Notes: generated by a model not told the origin, from the letters alone. Shown: positions 34,560-44,352, counted from the stretch's first letter. The stretch: DNA of 64,000 bases from Myxococcota bacterium (GCA_035489755.1 DATGZK010000022.1:29395-93394); one strand, 5' to 3'. A program made the numbers and translations.

Positions 34560-36212
34560 ATGTTGAAGAGACGGAGCGTAATTGCAACCCACAGGAAGCT
34601 GCTCGTCTTCCTGGCCGTATCGATCGTATCCCTCACGCTAAGTGGTGCCCCGGGGCATGCCTGGCAAAAACCCGGCGGGACTGGAACCCCGATTCGGCAT
34701 CTCGTCGTGATCTTCCAGGAAAATGTCTCGTTCGATCACTATTTCGGAACCTATCCAAAGGCGCAGAATCCGCCGGGCGAGCCGCAGTTCTGGGCTGTGC
34801 CAGGAACACCGACGGTGAACGGCTTGACCCCTGTTCTTCTTTCCAGCAATCCCAACCTAAACCCCGCCAATGGCGCTGGCGCCACCAACCCCTTCCGCTT
34901 GGATCGCAGCCAAGCGGTGACTGCCGACCAGGATCACGACTACCTGGCCGAGCAGCAGGCGTTTGACATGGGGCTCATGGACCTATTCCCGAAGTTTGTC
35001 GGCACCGCGGGACCGCCGCCGGCAGGCGCCCCAGTGACCAGCACGCAGGGTCTTAACCTTGGTTATTACGATGGCAATACCGTGACGGCGCTCTGGAACT
35101 ATGCCCAGCACTTCGCGATGAGCGACAACTCCTACAGTACGACCTTCGGGCCTTCGACTCCGGGCGCTCTCAACCTTATTTCGGGTCAGACCAATGGAGT
35201 CATCGCGACCCTCAACGGAACGGGGGACGAAGTCGACGGCGGTGCCGGATCGCTGTCGGTGGTGGGCGATCCGGATCCGCTCGGAGACGTTTGCTCGAAC
35301 CCGACGCGAAACCAGGTGCAGATGGGCGGAAAGAATATTGGCGAGCTCCTGAGCGCAGCCGGAATCAGCTGGGGATCATTCATGGGCGGATTTGATCTCA
35401 CCGCCAAGAATCCAAACGGCACGACGGGCTGCAAGAGAAGCTCGGCCAGCCTCGCCGGGACGACCGGCGACTACATTCCCCATCACGCCTGGTTCCAGTA
35501 CTACAAGTCCACGGCAAATCCGAATCACACGCGGCCGGCCTCGATCGCGGAGATCGGACACGATGGTCCGGCCAACCACGAGTACGATCTCGCCGACTTC
35601 GTCAGCGCGGTTACGGCCGGCCACTTTCCGGCGGTGAGCTTCATCAAGGCGCAAGCCTTCCAGGATGGCCATGCCGGCTACTCGAGCCCGCTGGATGAGC
35701 AGACGTTCCTGGTGAACCTGATCAATTTCCTGCAGAAACAGCCGGACTGGGAAAGCACGGCGGTCATCATCATGTACGACGACTCCGACGGCTGGTACGA
35801 CCATCAGATGGGTCCGATCGTGAATCAGTCGACGGGTCCGGCGGACGCCCTGAGCGCCCCGGGCGCCTGTGGCAGCGCCAGCAATGCCCTTGCGGGCATC
35901 GATCCCGGCAATGCCCATGCGCTGGGTCGATGCGGCTACGGGCCGCGCCAGCCCCTGCTCGTGGTTTCGCCCTGGGCGAGGGAGAACTTCGTCGACCACA
36001 CGGCGACGGACATGACGTCGGTCCTGCGATTCATCGAGGACAACTGGCTTGAGAGCCAGCGCATCGGCCAAGGATCCTTTGATGCCATCGCAAGCCCGAT
36101 CAACCAGATGTTCAACTTCGAGTACATCCGGTTCGACGGCACTTTGATTCTGAAGCCCGACACCGGAGAGCAGGCGAAGGACGGGGATCGCGGCAAGGAT
36201 CAAGAGGAGTAG
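34560..36212 (+). CDS. phosphoesterase-family protein (AcpA acid phosphatase / phospholipase C family)
   Basis: IRHLVVIFQENVSFDHYFGTYP signature. Signal peptide follows the ATG at 34560, which has a GAAGGAGGGAGG RBS. Visibly lower GC than neighbours. Confidence 0.85.
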   Translation: MLKRRSVIATHRKLLVFLAVSIVSLTLSGAPGHAWQKPGGTGTPIRHLVVIFQENVSFDHYFGTYPKAQNPPGEPQFWAVPGTPTVNGLTPVLLSSNPNLNPANGAGATNPFRLDRSQAVTADQDHDYLAEQQAFDMGLMDLFPKFVGTAGPPPAGAPVTSTQGLNLGYYDGNTVTALWNYAQHFAMSDNSYSTTFGPSTPGALNLISGQTNGVIATLNGTGDEVDGGAGSLSVVGDPDPLGDVCSNPTRNQVQMGGKNIGELLSAAGISWGSFMGGFDLTAKNPNGTTGCKRSSASLAGTTGDYIPHHAWFQYYKSTANPNHTRPASIAEIGHDGPANHEYDLADFVSAVTAGHFPAVSFIKAQAFQDGHAGYSSPLDEQTFLVNLINFLQKQPDWESTAVIIMYDDSDGWYDHQMGPIVNQSTGPADALSAPGACGSASNALAGIDPGNAHALGRCGYGPRQPLLVVSPWARENFVDHTATDMTSVLRFIEDNWLESQRIGQGSFDAIASPINQMFNFEYIRFDGTLILKPDTGEQAKDGDRGKDQEE

Positions 36213-36261
36213 AGGACGGGCGCGGCAGCGCGCCCTTTGCCGATCGCTCGCTGCGAGAGTG

Positions 36262-36303
36262 GCCAACGCCCGGCGCCTTTAAGGGCCCGGGCGTTTGGCT
36301 TTT
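36262..36303 (+). terminator. intrinsic terminator downstream of the phosphoesterase gene
   Basis: gccaacgcccgg / ccgggcgtttggc form a 12-bp stem (one bulge) with an internally pairing loop, followed by TTTT. Confidence 0.6.
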
Positions 36304-36389
36304 CGAGACCGAGAATCCTCCCCTCGAACCTCGGGAGTCGTGTCCTACGCACCATAGGGTCGCGGCTGCGCAGTCGCGACTCGACCCCG

Positions 36390-36758
36390 TTAGCGGCCGA
36401 GGATGAGCCGCTCCTGCCCGATCCAGAGCGGAGACTGAGGAAGATCGATGAAGTTCCTCTCGTCCTCCAGCAAGAGGAGCGCGGCCTTCTGGCCCGCCGG
36501 CGAGCGGATGGCAGCCTCCAGCTCCTCGCGGCTCCTCCACCAGAGCTCGGCGATTCCGTCGTAGGGCTCGGGACCGCCGCGCGAGGCGCGCAGCGCGTCA
36601 TTGAGGGAATCCTCCAGGGTATGGAGCTGAACATACCGCTGGATCCCGAGCGCATCGGCCTGCGCGCGCACGAGGGGACCGTGCACCTCGAACCAATACT
36701 TCTGGAACTCCGCGCGGGAGAGCCGCGGCAGGCGTCGCAAAGGGAAGACAAGCTTCAT
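36390..36758 (-). CDS. EthD-domain protein
   Basis: [30 protein letters not shown] is a typical EthD N-terminus. ATG overlaps the upstream stop (TAATG). Confidence 0.75.
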   Translation of the reverse strand: MKLVFPLRRLPRLSRAEFQKYWFEVHGPLVRAQADALGIQRYVQLHTLEDSLNDALRASRGGPEPYDGIAELWWRSREELEAAIRSPAGQKAALLLLEDERNFIDLPQSPLWIGQERLILGR

Positions 36759-37129
36759 TATCGGGTCCTCTCGTGTTCGGCAGCGTGGAGGTGGGCGTGA
36801 TCGTGCCCGGCCGGGCGCGCGGCGAGGGCGCGCGCGCAGGACTCGAGCTCGGAAGCCGCGCAGATCCCTTTCTCGGCCAAAAGCCGCTCGAAGGCCGCCT
36901 GCCAGCGGGCGTAGTAGCTCCAGCTCTCCTTCGGATGACCCTCCGCCTCCCACGCGCGGATCTCGTCGCACAGGAGCTGGCGGAACTCCTCCCATCCGAA
37001 GAGCCCCGCCTCGAAGAGTGCGAGCGTTACGCCAAAGAGGCGGCTCTCCCACGGCGCTTCAAACACGAGCTCCCCGTTGCGGCGCGGCGGTGCCTCGGCG
37101 CCGGCGAGCGCCAGGGTCGGGTTAGCCAT
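36758..37129 (-). CDS. nitrile hydratase accessory (activator) protein
   Basis: [21 protein letters not shown]...WSYYARW pattern of NHase activators. ATG at 37129 overlaps the alpha-subunit 3' end. Confidence 0.75.
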   Translation of the reverse strand: MANPTLALAGAEAPPRRNGELVFEAPWESRLFGVTLALFEAGLFGWEEFRQLLCDEIRAWEAEGHPKESWSYYARWQAAFERLLAEKGICAASELESCARALAARPAGHDHAHLHAAEHERTR

Positions 37130-37742
37130 GGGAGGCTTCGCTTCCCGCACGCACCTTTGCGACACCGATCATTGCATCGCGGGTCACGAGGCGACGGAGC
37201 TCGTCCTCAGAGAGCTGCTCCGTTCCCGCCGGCCGCTCCGGAAGCACGAGGTAGCGGACCTCGGAGCTCGAGTCGAAGACCCGCACCTCGACCTCCGCGG
37301 GGAGCTCAAGTCCCAGCTCGCGAAGCACCGCGCGCGGCTCGCGCACGATGCGCGAGCGATAGGCGGGCGACTTGTACCAGGCGGGGGGAAGGCCGAGGAC
37401 CGGCCAGGGATAACAGGAGCACAGAGTACACACGACCACGTTGTGCACGGTCGGCGTATTCTCGAGCACCACCAAATACTCGCCCTGGGGCCCGCCGAAG
37501 CCGAGCTCGGCGATGGCGGCGGTGCCATCCGCGAGGAGCCGCCTGCGGTAGGCAGGGTCCGTCCAGGCGCGGGCCACCACCTTGGCGCCGTTTAAGGGCC
37601 CGACGTCCTCCTCGTAGTGGCGCACGATCGCGTCGACCTGACCAGAGTCGAGGAAGCCCTTCTCGCGGAGGAGCGCCTCCAGCGCCTCGACGCGGAGCGC
37701 GAGGTCGGGACGGTCGGCGGAGCCGGGGTCGGAGCCGCTCAC
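37122..37742 (-). CDS. nthA: nitrile hydratase alpha subunit, cobalt type
   Basis: Metal-binding claw [11 protein letters not shown] (Thr/Tyr variant, i.e. Co-type). Confidence 0.9.
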   Translation of the reverse strand: MSGSDPGSADRPDLALRVEALEALLREKGFLDSGQVDAIVRHYEEDVGPLNGAKVVARAWTDPAYRRRLLADGTAAIAELGFGGPQGEYLVVLENTPTVHNVVVCTLCSCYPWPVLGLPPAWYKSPAYRSRIVREPRAVLRELGLELPAEVEVRVFDSSSEVRYLVLPERPAGTEQLSEDELRRLVTRDAMIGVAKVRAGSEASHG

Positions 37743-38398
37743 GCGCGGAGGTCCGGCTCGAGGTAGCTCTCAAAGCAGTCGAGGAACACGCAGCTGCGCG
37801 GCTCGGCGCTCCCGCCAAAGAGCTCGCGCCCTTCGAAGCGCACAGCGTAGACGGGCTGCGGCTGCTCGCCCTCGCCGTGGGCGTTCGTGTCGGGGAAGAC
37901 GCACGCGGGGTAGACGCGCGCCACGACTCCGCGACGCGTTCGGGCGTAGCCCGTAAGCCGCGTGTGGCCGGCGGGCTGGTGGTTGCGTGTTTGCACACGG
38001 TCGCCCACGCGGAAGGCGGGGGCGCGATCCACCGTGCGCAGGAACGGGTGCTCGGCGGGTCGCGAAGGAGCGGGGAGCGCGGGCAGGGGCGCCGGCGGGC
38101 CCTTTTGTCCGGCCAGACGCGCCGCGAGCTCCCCGGGTCGAAGCACGCCGCGCTCGAGCAGATCCTGCTCGAGCCGCGCAAGCCAGCGCCCGTAGTAGCC
38201 GTGGCGCAGGTACGTTACGGGGTCGAGTCGTTCAAGGCCGTGGCGGCGCTCGTCGATGTTGCCGCCTAGGCGCAGCCCTGCGAGGAGCGACATCCCGAAG
38301 ACTCGCGCCTCCCAGTGCCCGTGGAAGACCGGTTCGCCCTTCTCGATCTCGACCCGACCAAAGCCATGCATCCCGCCCATGTCATGAATGCCATTCAC
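37739..38398 (-). CDS. nthB: nitrile hydratase beta subunit
   Basis: [15 protein letters not shown]-terminus. GTG at 38398 is preceded by GGAGAG. Stop overlaps the alpha start. Confidence 0.88.
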   Translation of the reverse strand: MNGIHDMGGMHGFGRVEIEKGEPVFHGHWEARVFGMSLLAGLRLGGNIDERRHGLERLDPVTYLRHGYYGRWLARLEQDLLERGVLRPGELAARLAGQKGPPAPLPALPAPSRPAEHPFLRTVDRAPAFRVGDRVQTRNHQPAGHTRLTGYARTRRGVVARVYPACVFPDTNAHGEGEQPQPVYAVRFEGRELFGGSAEPRSCVFLDCFESYLEPDLRA

Positions 38399-38727
38399 GG
38401 GGTTCTCTCCGTCTTTGCCGCAGCGCAACGCCCATCATAGTCGGAACCCCGAAGGCGCTTCCAGAATGCCTGGCCCCGGAACTGCGCGCGCGGGCCTCTT
38501 GGCGCGGAGGGGCTCTCAGCAATCGCCCCGAACCCCTCGCAGATCTCGGGCACCGGACCCAGGAGCTCCGCGAAAGGCGGGCCGCAAAGAGCCCATCCGG
38601 ACGCCAAGTCCGCTTCCTGCCGCCAGCGGTTGAAACGCCCAAAGCCGTCCGTTAGGGTTCGCCCGCCCTCGAGGCACCCCCCGCGGCACGCGGCCCAGGC
38701 GCGCCGCCTCCCGGAGGCCCCGACCCA

Positions 38728-39510
38728 ATGAAAATCATGGTCTGCTTAAAGCAGGTCCCCCACCAGGACGCGCGTCTTGACGTGCGCGCTGATGGCACTT
38801 GGATCCAAGAAGAAAACATCAAGTTCGAGATCAACAGCTACGACACCTACGCTCTCGAAGAGGCGCTGCGCATCAAGGACGCTGGACAGGCAGAGGTGGT
38901 GGTCGTTTCGATCGGCCCGGACCGCGTGACGCAATCCCTGCGGACGGCCCTCGGCATGGGCGCGGACCGGGCGATCCATGTGAAGGACCCCGAGGCAGAC
39001 GCCTCCGACCCTCTCGGTGTGGCAAAGATTCTCGCCGCCATCGCCAAGGCGGAAAATCCCGATTTGATCCTCATGGGGCTCATGGCGGAGGACGGCAACT
39101 CCGCCGCCGTGCCCCCGATGCTCGCCGAGCTCGCGGGCTTCGCCAGCACGACGAGCGTCATGAAGGTGACGCGTAGCAACGGCACCGTGCGGGCGGAGCG
39201 CGAGCTCGAAGGGGGCGCCCTCGAGGTCGTGGACCTCACCGGCCCGAGCGTCCTTTCCGTCCAGACCGGCATCAACCAGGTCCGCTACGCCTCGCTGAAG
39301 GGCATCATGGCGGCAAAGAAAAAGCCCATCGACACGAAGTCGGTGGCGGATCTTGGGCTCTCCGGGAAAGTGGGTGCGGCAGCGGCCAAGATCAAGATCG
39401 AGAAGGTCTATCCGCCGCCGAAGGGCAAGGGGGCCGAGATCGTGACCGGCTCGACGGACGAGATCGTGAGCAAGCTTGTGGGCAAGATCAAGGAGCTCGG
39501 GCTGCTCTAG
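38728..39510 (+). CDS. etfB: electron transfer flavoprotein beta subunit
   Basis: MKIMVCLKQVPHQDARL...INSYDTYALEEALR. Confidence 0.92.
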   Translation: MKIMVCLKQVPHQDARLDVRADGTWIQEENIKFEINSYDTYALEEALRIKDAGQAEVVVVSIGPDRVTQSLRTALGMGADRAIHVKDPEADASDPLGVAKILAAIAKAENPDLILMGLMAEDGNSAAVPPMLAELAGFASTTSVMKVTRSNGTVRAERELEGGALEVVDLTGPSVLSVQTGINQVRYASLKGIMAAKKKPIDTKSVADLGLSGKVGAAAAKIKIEKVYPPPKGKGAEIVTGSTDEIVSKLVGKIKELGLL

Positions 39511-39527
39511 CCCGTGGGGTAGGACAC

Positions 39528-40508
39528 ATGGCCAGCATTCTCGTCGTCGCCGAGGTCCAAAACGGGAAGGTTCGCGAGTCGAGCTACGAGCTTGTGAGCT
39601 TTGCTCGCCGGATCGCCAAGGCCCAGGGCTCCGAGGTTCGCAGCCTCGTCGTGGGCAAGGGTGCAAACGCCGCAGCCGAGGAGCTGGCGAAAAAAGGGGG
39701 AGGCGAGGTCTACCTCGCCGACCATGAGCTCCTTGCGCACTACAGCGTCGATGCCTTCAACAGGGTCGTCCGCGCAGCGGTCGCCGCAGCCTCCCCGAGC
39801 GTCATCCTCTTCTCTCACACGCCGATCGGGTGGGACCTTGCGCCCCGCGTCGCCGCGGGGCTGGATGCAGCGTTCGTCAGCGACTGCTTCAACGTCGAGG
39901 AATCCGGCAAGCTCGTGTTCCTGCGGCGCATCTTCAATGGCAAGCTCGATGCGCGCTTCGTCCCGGCCGCCTCGCCCGTCGTCGCAACGTTCCAGCCCGG
40001 CGCGACCTCACCCTTCGAAGGCACCGCCGACGGCAAGGTGACGCCGCTTCAGGTCGCACTCTCGCCGCAGGAGCTGCGCGCGAAGTTCGTGGAAGCGCGC
40101 ACGGTGCAGAAGCAGGGCGTTGACCTCTCCAAGGCCGATATCATCGTTTCGGGCGGCCGCGGCCTCGGCGTTCCCGAAAAATTCCCGGAGGTGATTCAGC
40201 CCCTCGCCGATGCTCTCGGGGGTGCCATGGGTGCCTCGCGTCCCGTCGTCGACGCCGGCTGGCTTCCGCACGCCTACCAGGTCGGCTCGTCGGGGCAGAC
40301 CGTGACTCCGAAGCTCTACATCGCCGCCGGCATTTCGGGCGCGATCCAGCACCTTGTGGGGATGAAGAACTCCAACTACATCATCGCGATCAACAAGGAC
40401 GCCGATGCTCCCATCTTCGAGGTCGCCAATCTTGGCGTCGTCGGTGATTTGTTCGAGATCGTGCCCGCGCTCACGAAGGCGATAAAGCAAGCGAAAGGCA
40501 AGGCGTAA
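39528..40508 (+). CDS. etfA: electron transfer flavoprotein alpha subunit
   Basis: 326 aa. C-terminal FAD-binding strings PKLYIAAGISGAIQHLVGM and IIAINKDADAPIF. Confidence 0.92.
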   Translation: MASILVVAEVQNGKVRESSYELVSFARRIAKAQGSEVRSLVVGKGANAAAEELAKKGGGEVYLADHELLAHYSVDAFNRVVRAAVAAASPSVILFSHTPIGWDLAPRVAAGLDAAFVSDCFNVEESGKLVFLRRIFNGKLDARFVPAASPVVATFQPGATSPFEGTADGKVTPLQVALSPQELRAKFVEARTVQKQGVDLSKADIIVSGGRGLGVPEKFPEVIQPLADALGGAMGASRPVVDAGWLPHAYQVGSSGQTVTPKLYIAAGISGAIQHLVGMKNSNYIIAINKDADAPIFEVANLGVVGDLFEIVPALTKAIKQAKGKA

Positions 40509-40678
40509 AGCCGCGAAACGTGCAAGCTGGTTGACACCCCACGAGCGCGGGGGTACTAAGGCGCCTAACGCGCCTTGTTCGAGCCAGATCGCACGCTGCC
40601 TCAGGATCATCACAAGCCGCGGGTTCTCGTCGCCCCCCCGAGACCGATCGATTTTGCGGCCAAGGTGCCCGCGAGGGG

Positions 40679-41548
40679 TTGTCTATTCTGCGTCGCATCG
40701 CATTCATCAACGAGAAGGGTGGCAGCGCCAAGACGACGCTCGTGGCGAACCTTGCCGCGTACCTTGCGCTCGAGCGCGGGCGAAGGGTGCTGGCCATCGA
40801 CATGGACCCCCAGGGTCAGCTCGGAAGGGTCTTCGGCATCGAGACCAGGCGCTCGCGCCGCTCCGCCATCGAGCTCCTCGTCGACTCTGCGCTTGGAGAC
40901 CCGCTCGATCGCCCGGGGCCCGGGCACGGCCAACCCTTCGATCCGGTGCCGAGCGAGTCCGTGGGCGAGCTTCCCGTCGTGAAGACCCGGATCCCCGGAT
41001 TGCACCTCGTCGTCGCCAACAAGTCCCTCGCCCTCTTTCCGGCATGGGAGGGAGGGGAAGCGGATCCTACGGCCAGGCTCGACTCCGCTCTGCGGCGTTC
41101 TCCCGAGATCGAGGGCTACGACTTCGTCTTCTTCGACGCCCCGCCGTCCTTCGGCCCGCTTACCCTGAACGTGCTGCGCGCGGCCGAAGAGCTGGTGGTG
41201 CCAGTTCCGCTCACCTACCTGGCACTCGACGGCTGTGCGGAGCTCACGCGGAGCGTCCAGACGCTTCGCATGCGCTACGGCCACGCTTCGCTTCGCATCA
41301 CCATGGTCGTGCCTACTTTCTACCGCCGCACACGCCTCGCCCACGAGGTGCTCGAGCGCCTGAAGGCGCGATTCCCCAAGGAAATCGCTCACACCGTCGT
41401 CGGGTTTCACGTGAAGATCGACGAGGCACAGTCCCGGGGTCTTTCCATTTTCGAGTATGCGCCGGGCGACCGCGGCGCGCGCGCCATGGCCGCCCTCGCC
41501 GAGGAGCTCGAGCTGCGCGGCGCAACCGAGGGTGAGGTTCCGGCGTGA
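40679..41548 (+). CDS. ParA/MinD-family ATPase (no parB in window)
   Basis: Deviant Walker A NEKGGSAKTT, followed by AIDMDPQGQ. TTG start per the ORF track. Stop overlaps the next gene (GTGA). Confidence 0.85.
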   Translation: MSILRRIAFINEKGGSAKTTLVANLAAYLALERGRRVLAIDMDPQGQLGRVFGIETRRSRRSAIELLVDSALGDPLDRPGPGHGQPFDPVPSESVGELPVVKTRIPGLHLVVANKSLALFPAWEGGEADPTARLDSALRRSPEIEGYDFVFFDAPPSFGPLTLNVLRAAEELVVPVPLTYLALDGCAELTRSVQTLRMRYGHASLRITMVVPTFYRRTRLAHEVLERLKARFPKEIAHTVVGFHVKIDEAQSRGLSIFEYAPGDRGARAMAALAEELELRGATEGEVPA

Positions 41549-42681
41549 CGCCGACCGAGCGCCTCTTTCTTGATGGCGTGCAAGGCGAGGTGGTGGAGCC
41601 CGCGATGGGTCCGCTAACTGCCCTCGGGAGCGATCCTTTCGAAGCCGCGGATCTCGCCGAAGAGCCTTTCTCGGAGCGCCTCGAGAGACTTCGCCCGGCG
41701 CCCGCGCCGCGTCCGGGTCTCTTGCGCGGTGTCCCTTCGGCCACCCTCCCGCCACCCCGGACCCGCCCGCGCGCTCCTTCGCCCGAATCGATGCCGAGGC
41801 AGCGCGTGTGGGCCACGACGCCCCGCCTGGCCGAGGTGGAGTTCGCGGAGCAGTCTGGCCTTCTCGACCGCCTCGTCCCCGAGAGCGACCGCCGGCGCCT
41901 CGCGGCCCTTGGGCACCTCGTCGACGGCGAAGCGCCTTACGATCGCTTCGGCTTTTCGCCCGGCGCCCTGCGCGCAGCGTTTCCGTTCTTCCTCGCGCTC
42001 TACCGCTTCTACTTCCGTGTGAAAAGCGAGGGGCATGAAAACATCCCGGCCGAGGGGCCGGCCATCCTGGCCGCGAACCACGGGGGCCTGCTGCCCTTCG
42101 ACGGCGCGATGGGGATTGTGGACGTGCTGCTCCACACCGACCCGCCACGCCTTGCCCGCGCGATCGTCGACCGCTGGGCGGGCCGACTCCCGTGGGTGAA
42201 CGTCTTCTACGCGCGCGTCGGCCAGGTCGTGGGGACACGCGAGAACTTCTCGGACCTGCTTGAAGACGGACAGCTCGTGTTCGTGTTTCCCGAAGGCGTC
42301 GAAGGCATCCGCAAACTCGTGACCCAGCGCTACCGACTGCAGCGCTTCCACGTCGGGTTCATCGAACAGGCGCTGCGCGCGGGGGCGCCCATCATTCCCA
42401 TGGCGGTCCTGGGAAGTGACGACCAGGCTCCCATCCTTTTTGATTTGAAACCCCTCGCCCGGCGCCTCGGGCTCCCGGTCGCTCCGATTACGCCGACCTT
42501 CCCGTGGTTTGGACCCCTTGGCCTCCTGCCCTATCCCGTGCGCTACCGGATCGTCTACGGGGAGCCGCTGCGATACTACGAACGCTTCGGCCCGGAGGGG
42601 GCGGAGGATCCGCGGCTCGTTCGTTACCTAGCCAACCAGGTGCGCCGCTCTGTGCAGTCCCTGGTGGATCGGCACCGCTAG
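41545..42681 (+). CDS. lysophospholipid (AGPAT/PlsC-like) acyltransferase with N-terminal extension, paralog B
   Basis: ANHGGLLPFDG and VFPEGVEG motifs. Has about 85 extra Pro/Arg/Glu-rich residues at the N-terminus relative to paralog A. Confidence 0.85.
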   Translation: MTPTERLFLDGVQGEVVEPAMGPLTALGSDPFEAADLAEEPFSERLERLRPAPAPRPGLLRGVPSATLPPPRTRPRAPSPESMPRQRVWATTPRLAEVEFAEQSGLLDRLVPESDRRRLAALGHLVDGEAPYDRFGFSPGALRAAFPFFLALYRFYFRVKSEGHENIPAEGPAILAANHGGLLPFDGAMGIVDVLLHTDPPRLARAIVDRWAGRLPWVNVFYARVGQVVGTRENFSDLLEDGQLVFVFPEGVEGIRKLVTQRYRLQRFHVGFIEQALRAGAPIIPMAVLGSDDQAPILFDLKPLARRLGLPVAPITPTFPWFGPLGLLPYPVRYRIVYGEPLRYYERFGPEGAEDPRLVRYLANQVRRSVQSLVDRHR

Positions 42682-43709
42682 TGCCGGCCGTGCTCGTCAC
42701 CCATGCGGACGAGCCCCTCGGCCGCCGGATCGTCAAAACGCTGTTTCACGACGAGCGGGTCGAGCGGGTCCTCGCCCTCGGCGCGGGTGCGGCGCCCCGC
42801 AGCTTCGATCGCTTTCTGGCTGGCTCACCGCCCCGGGTCGCCTATGCACGCGTGGACCTCGCCAAGCACCGACCCATGGCCGACCTGTTTCATTCCGCTC
42901 GCTTTCGCGAGGCCGCCATCGATACCGTCGTCCACGTCCCCTCCCACGGCCCGAGTGGAGCGCTGGCTTCGAAGACGCACGCGGGGCCGCTTGTCTCCGG
43001 CGTGCCTTCGCGCACAGCCGAGGCGCGTCTTGTGCTTCAGCACAGCCTCGACGCGCGTTCGGTGACTTCGCTCATCGTGATCGGAAGCGCGTTCGTCTAT
43101 CCACTCGCCCCGGGCAACGCGAACCGGCTGTCCGAGACGAACGAGCTCGACCTCGACCCGAACGTGCCGGCGGAGATCCGCTCCTGGATCGACTGCGACA
43201 TGGTCTTCCACGCCGAGGTGGGGAACCACCGGGCTCGCGTCGTTCTCTTGCGCGTTCCCACGGTCGTCGCGTCGGGGGGATTTGTGTACTTGAATCCCGC
43301 GCTCTCAGGCCCGAGTGGACTGCGCCTGCGCCCGATCGGTTTCGACCCCATGTGCGCCGTGGTCGCAGAGCAGGACGTGGCTCGAGCCGTCCTGGCGGCG
43401 GTGCACGGTGGAACAAGCGGCGTGTACAACGTCGCGGGGACCGAGCACCTCCCCCTCTCGGTCCTTGGCCGCTGGACACGGCGGCCCACCGTGCCGGTAC
43501 CGGATCCCGTGCTCCGGGCCGCATCCTTCGCGGCCCGGATGCTGCGCGAGCCCCAGCTTCGGGCCTCGGTGGAAGGCGCCCATCTGCGCTACGGCTTCTC
43601 ACTCGACACGCGGCGCGCCGAGCGCGATCTCGGGTTCCGGCCGGGCTACCGCGTGGGCCTTGGACGGGCCGGGGACGGCCGCGTCCAGCTCGAGACCGCG
43701 CCCGTCTAG
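42681..43709 (+). CDS. epimerase/dehydratase-fold (extended SDR-like) protein, paralog B, degenerate Rossmann motif
   Basis: GTG at 42681 overlaps the acyltransferase TAG by 1 nt. N-terminus VLVTHADEPLGRRIV occupies the place of GxxGxxG. The rest is collinear with paralog A (e.g. GVYNVAG vs GVFNVAG). Confidence 0.7.
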   Translation: MPAVLVTHADEPLGRRIVKTLFHDERVERVLALGAGAAPRSFDRFLAGSPPRVAYARVDLAKHRPMADLFHSARFREAAIDTVVHVPSHGPSGALASKTHAGPLVSGVPSRTAEARLVLQHSLDARSVTSLIVIGSAFVYPLAPGNANRLSETNELDLDPNVPAEIRSWIDCDMVFHAEVGNHRARVVLLRVPTVVASGGFVYLNPALSGPSGLRLRPIGFDPMCAVVAEQDVARAVLAAVHGGTSGVYNVAGTEHLPLSVLGRWTRRPTVPVPDPVLRAASFAARMLREPQLRASVEGAHLRYGFSLDTRRAERDLGFRPGYRVGLGRAGDGRVQLETAPV

Positions 43710-43788
43710 CCACGCAGCCGGGGCCCTTCGCGATGCTAGCTCGCGCTCCCTCCGCTATTCTCGCCGGCCACTCAGCGCAGGGAGCTCC

Positions 43789-44352
43789 ATGGCGGTCGAC
43801 ACTTCCCAGTTCCGCAACGGCCTCAAGATCGAGCTCGACGGCGAGCCGTTCACGATGATCTATTTCCAGCACGTGAAGCCCGGCAAAGGGGGCGCCTTCG
43901 TCCGGACGAAGGTCAAGAACCTAAAGACCGGTCGGGTGCTCGACCGCACGTTCCGCTCGGGCGAGAAGCTGGAAGAGGCCGACGTCGTCGAACGCAAGAT
44001 GCAGTACCTCTACCAGGACGGAGAAGATCTGGTTTTCATGGACACCGAGACATTCGAGCAGATCCCGTTCTCCGCGGCGCAGGTGGGAGACGCCCGCAAA
44101 TGGTTGAAGGAGAACCTCGACATCGAGGTTCTGTTCTGGCGCGGCCAGCCTATCAACATCGAGATCCCTTCCTTCGTCGAATACACGATCACCCGCTGCG
44201 ACCCGGGCCTGAAAGGTGACACGGCACAGGGCGCCACCAAGCCCGCAACGCTGGAAACCGGTGCAGTCGTCCAAGTGCCGCTCTTCGTCAAAGAGGGCGA
44301 GCGCATCCGCGTGGATACGCGGAGCGGCGAGTACTTCGAGCGAGTCAACTGA
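43789..44352 (+). CDS. efp: elongation factor P
   Basis: 187 aa. FRNGLKIELDGEPF...VKPGKGGAFVRTKVKNL. Confidence 0.95.
   Translation: MAVDTSQFRNGLKIELDGEPFTMIYFQHVKPGKGGAFVRTKVKNLKTGRVLDRTFRSGEKLEEADVVERKMQYLYQDGEDLVFMDTETFEQIPFSAAQVGDARKWLKENLDIEVLFWRGQPINIEIPSFVEYTITRCDPGLKGDTAQGATKPATLETGAVVQVPLFVKEGERIRVDTRSGEYFERVN

Noticed and set aside
40531-40576. TTGACA-N17-TACTAA promoter-like string upstream of the ParA gene, with an adjacent hairpin aaggcgc-ctaac-gcgcctt.
   Set aside because: The -10 hexamer matches the consensus at only three positions and lacks the final T. The hairpin overlaps it and lacks a T-run, so neither a promoter nor a terminator call is supportable from sequence alone.
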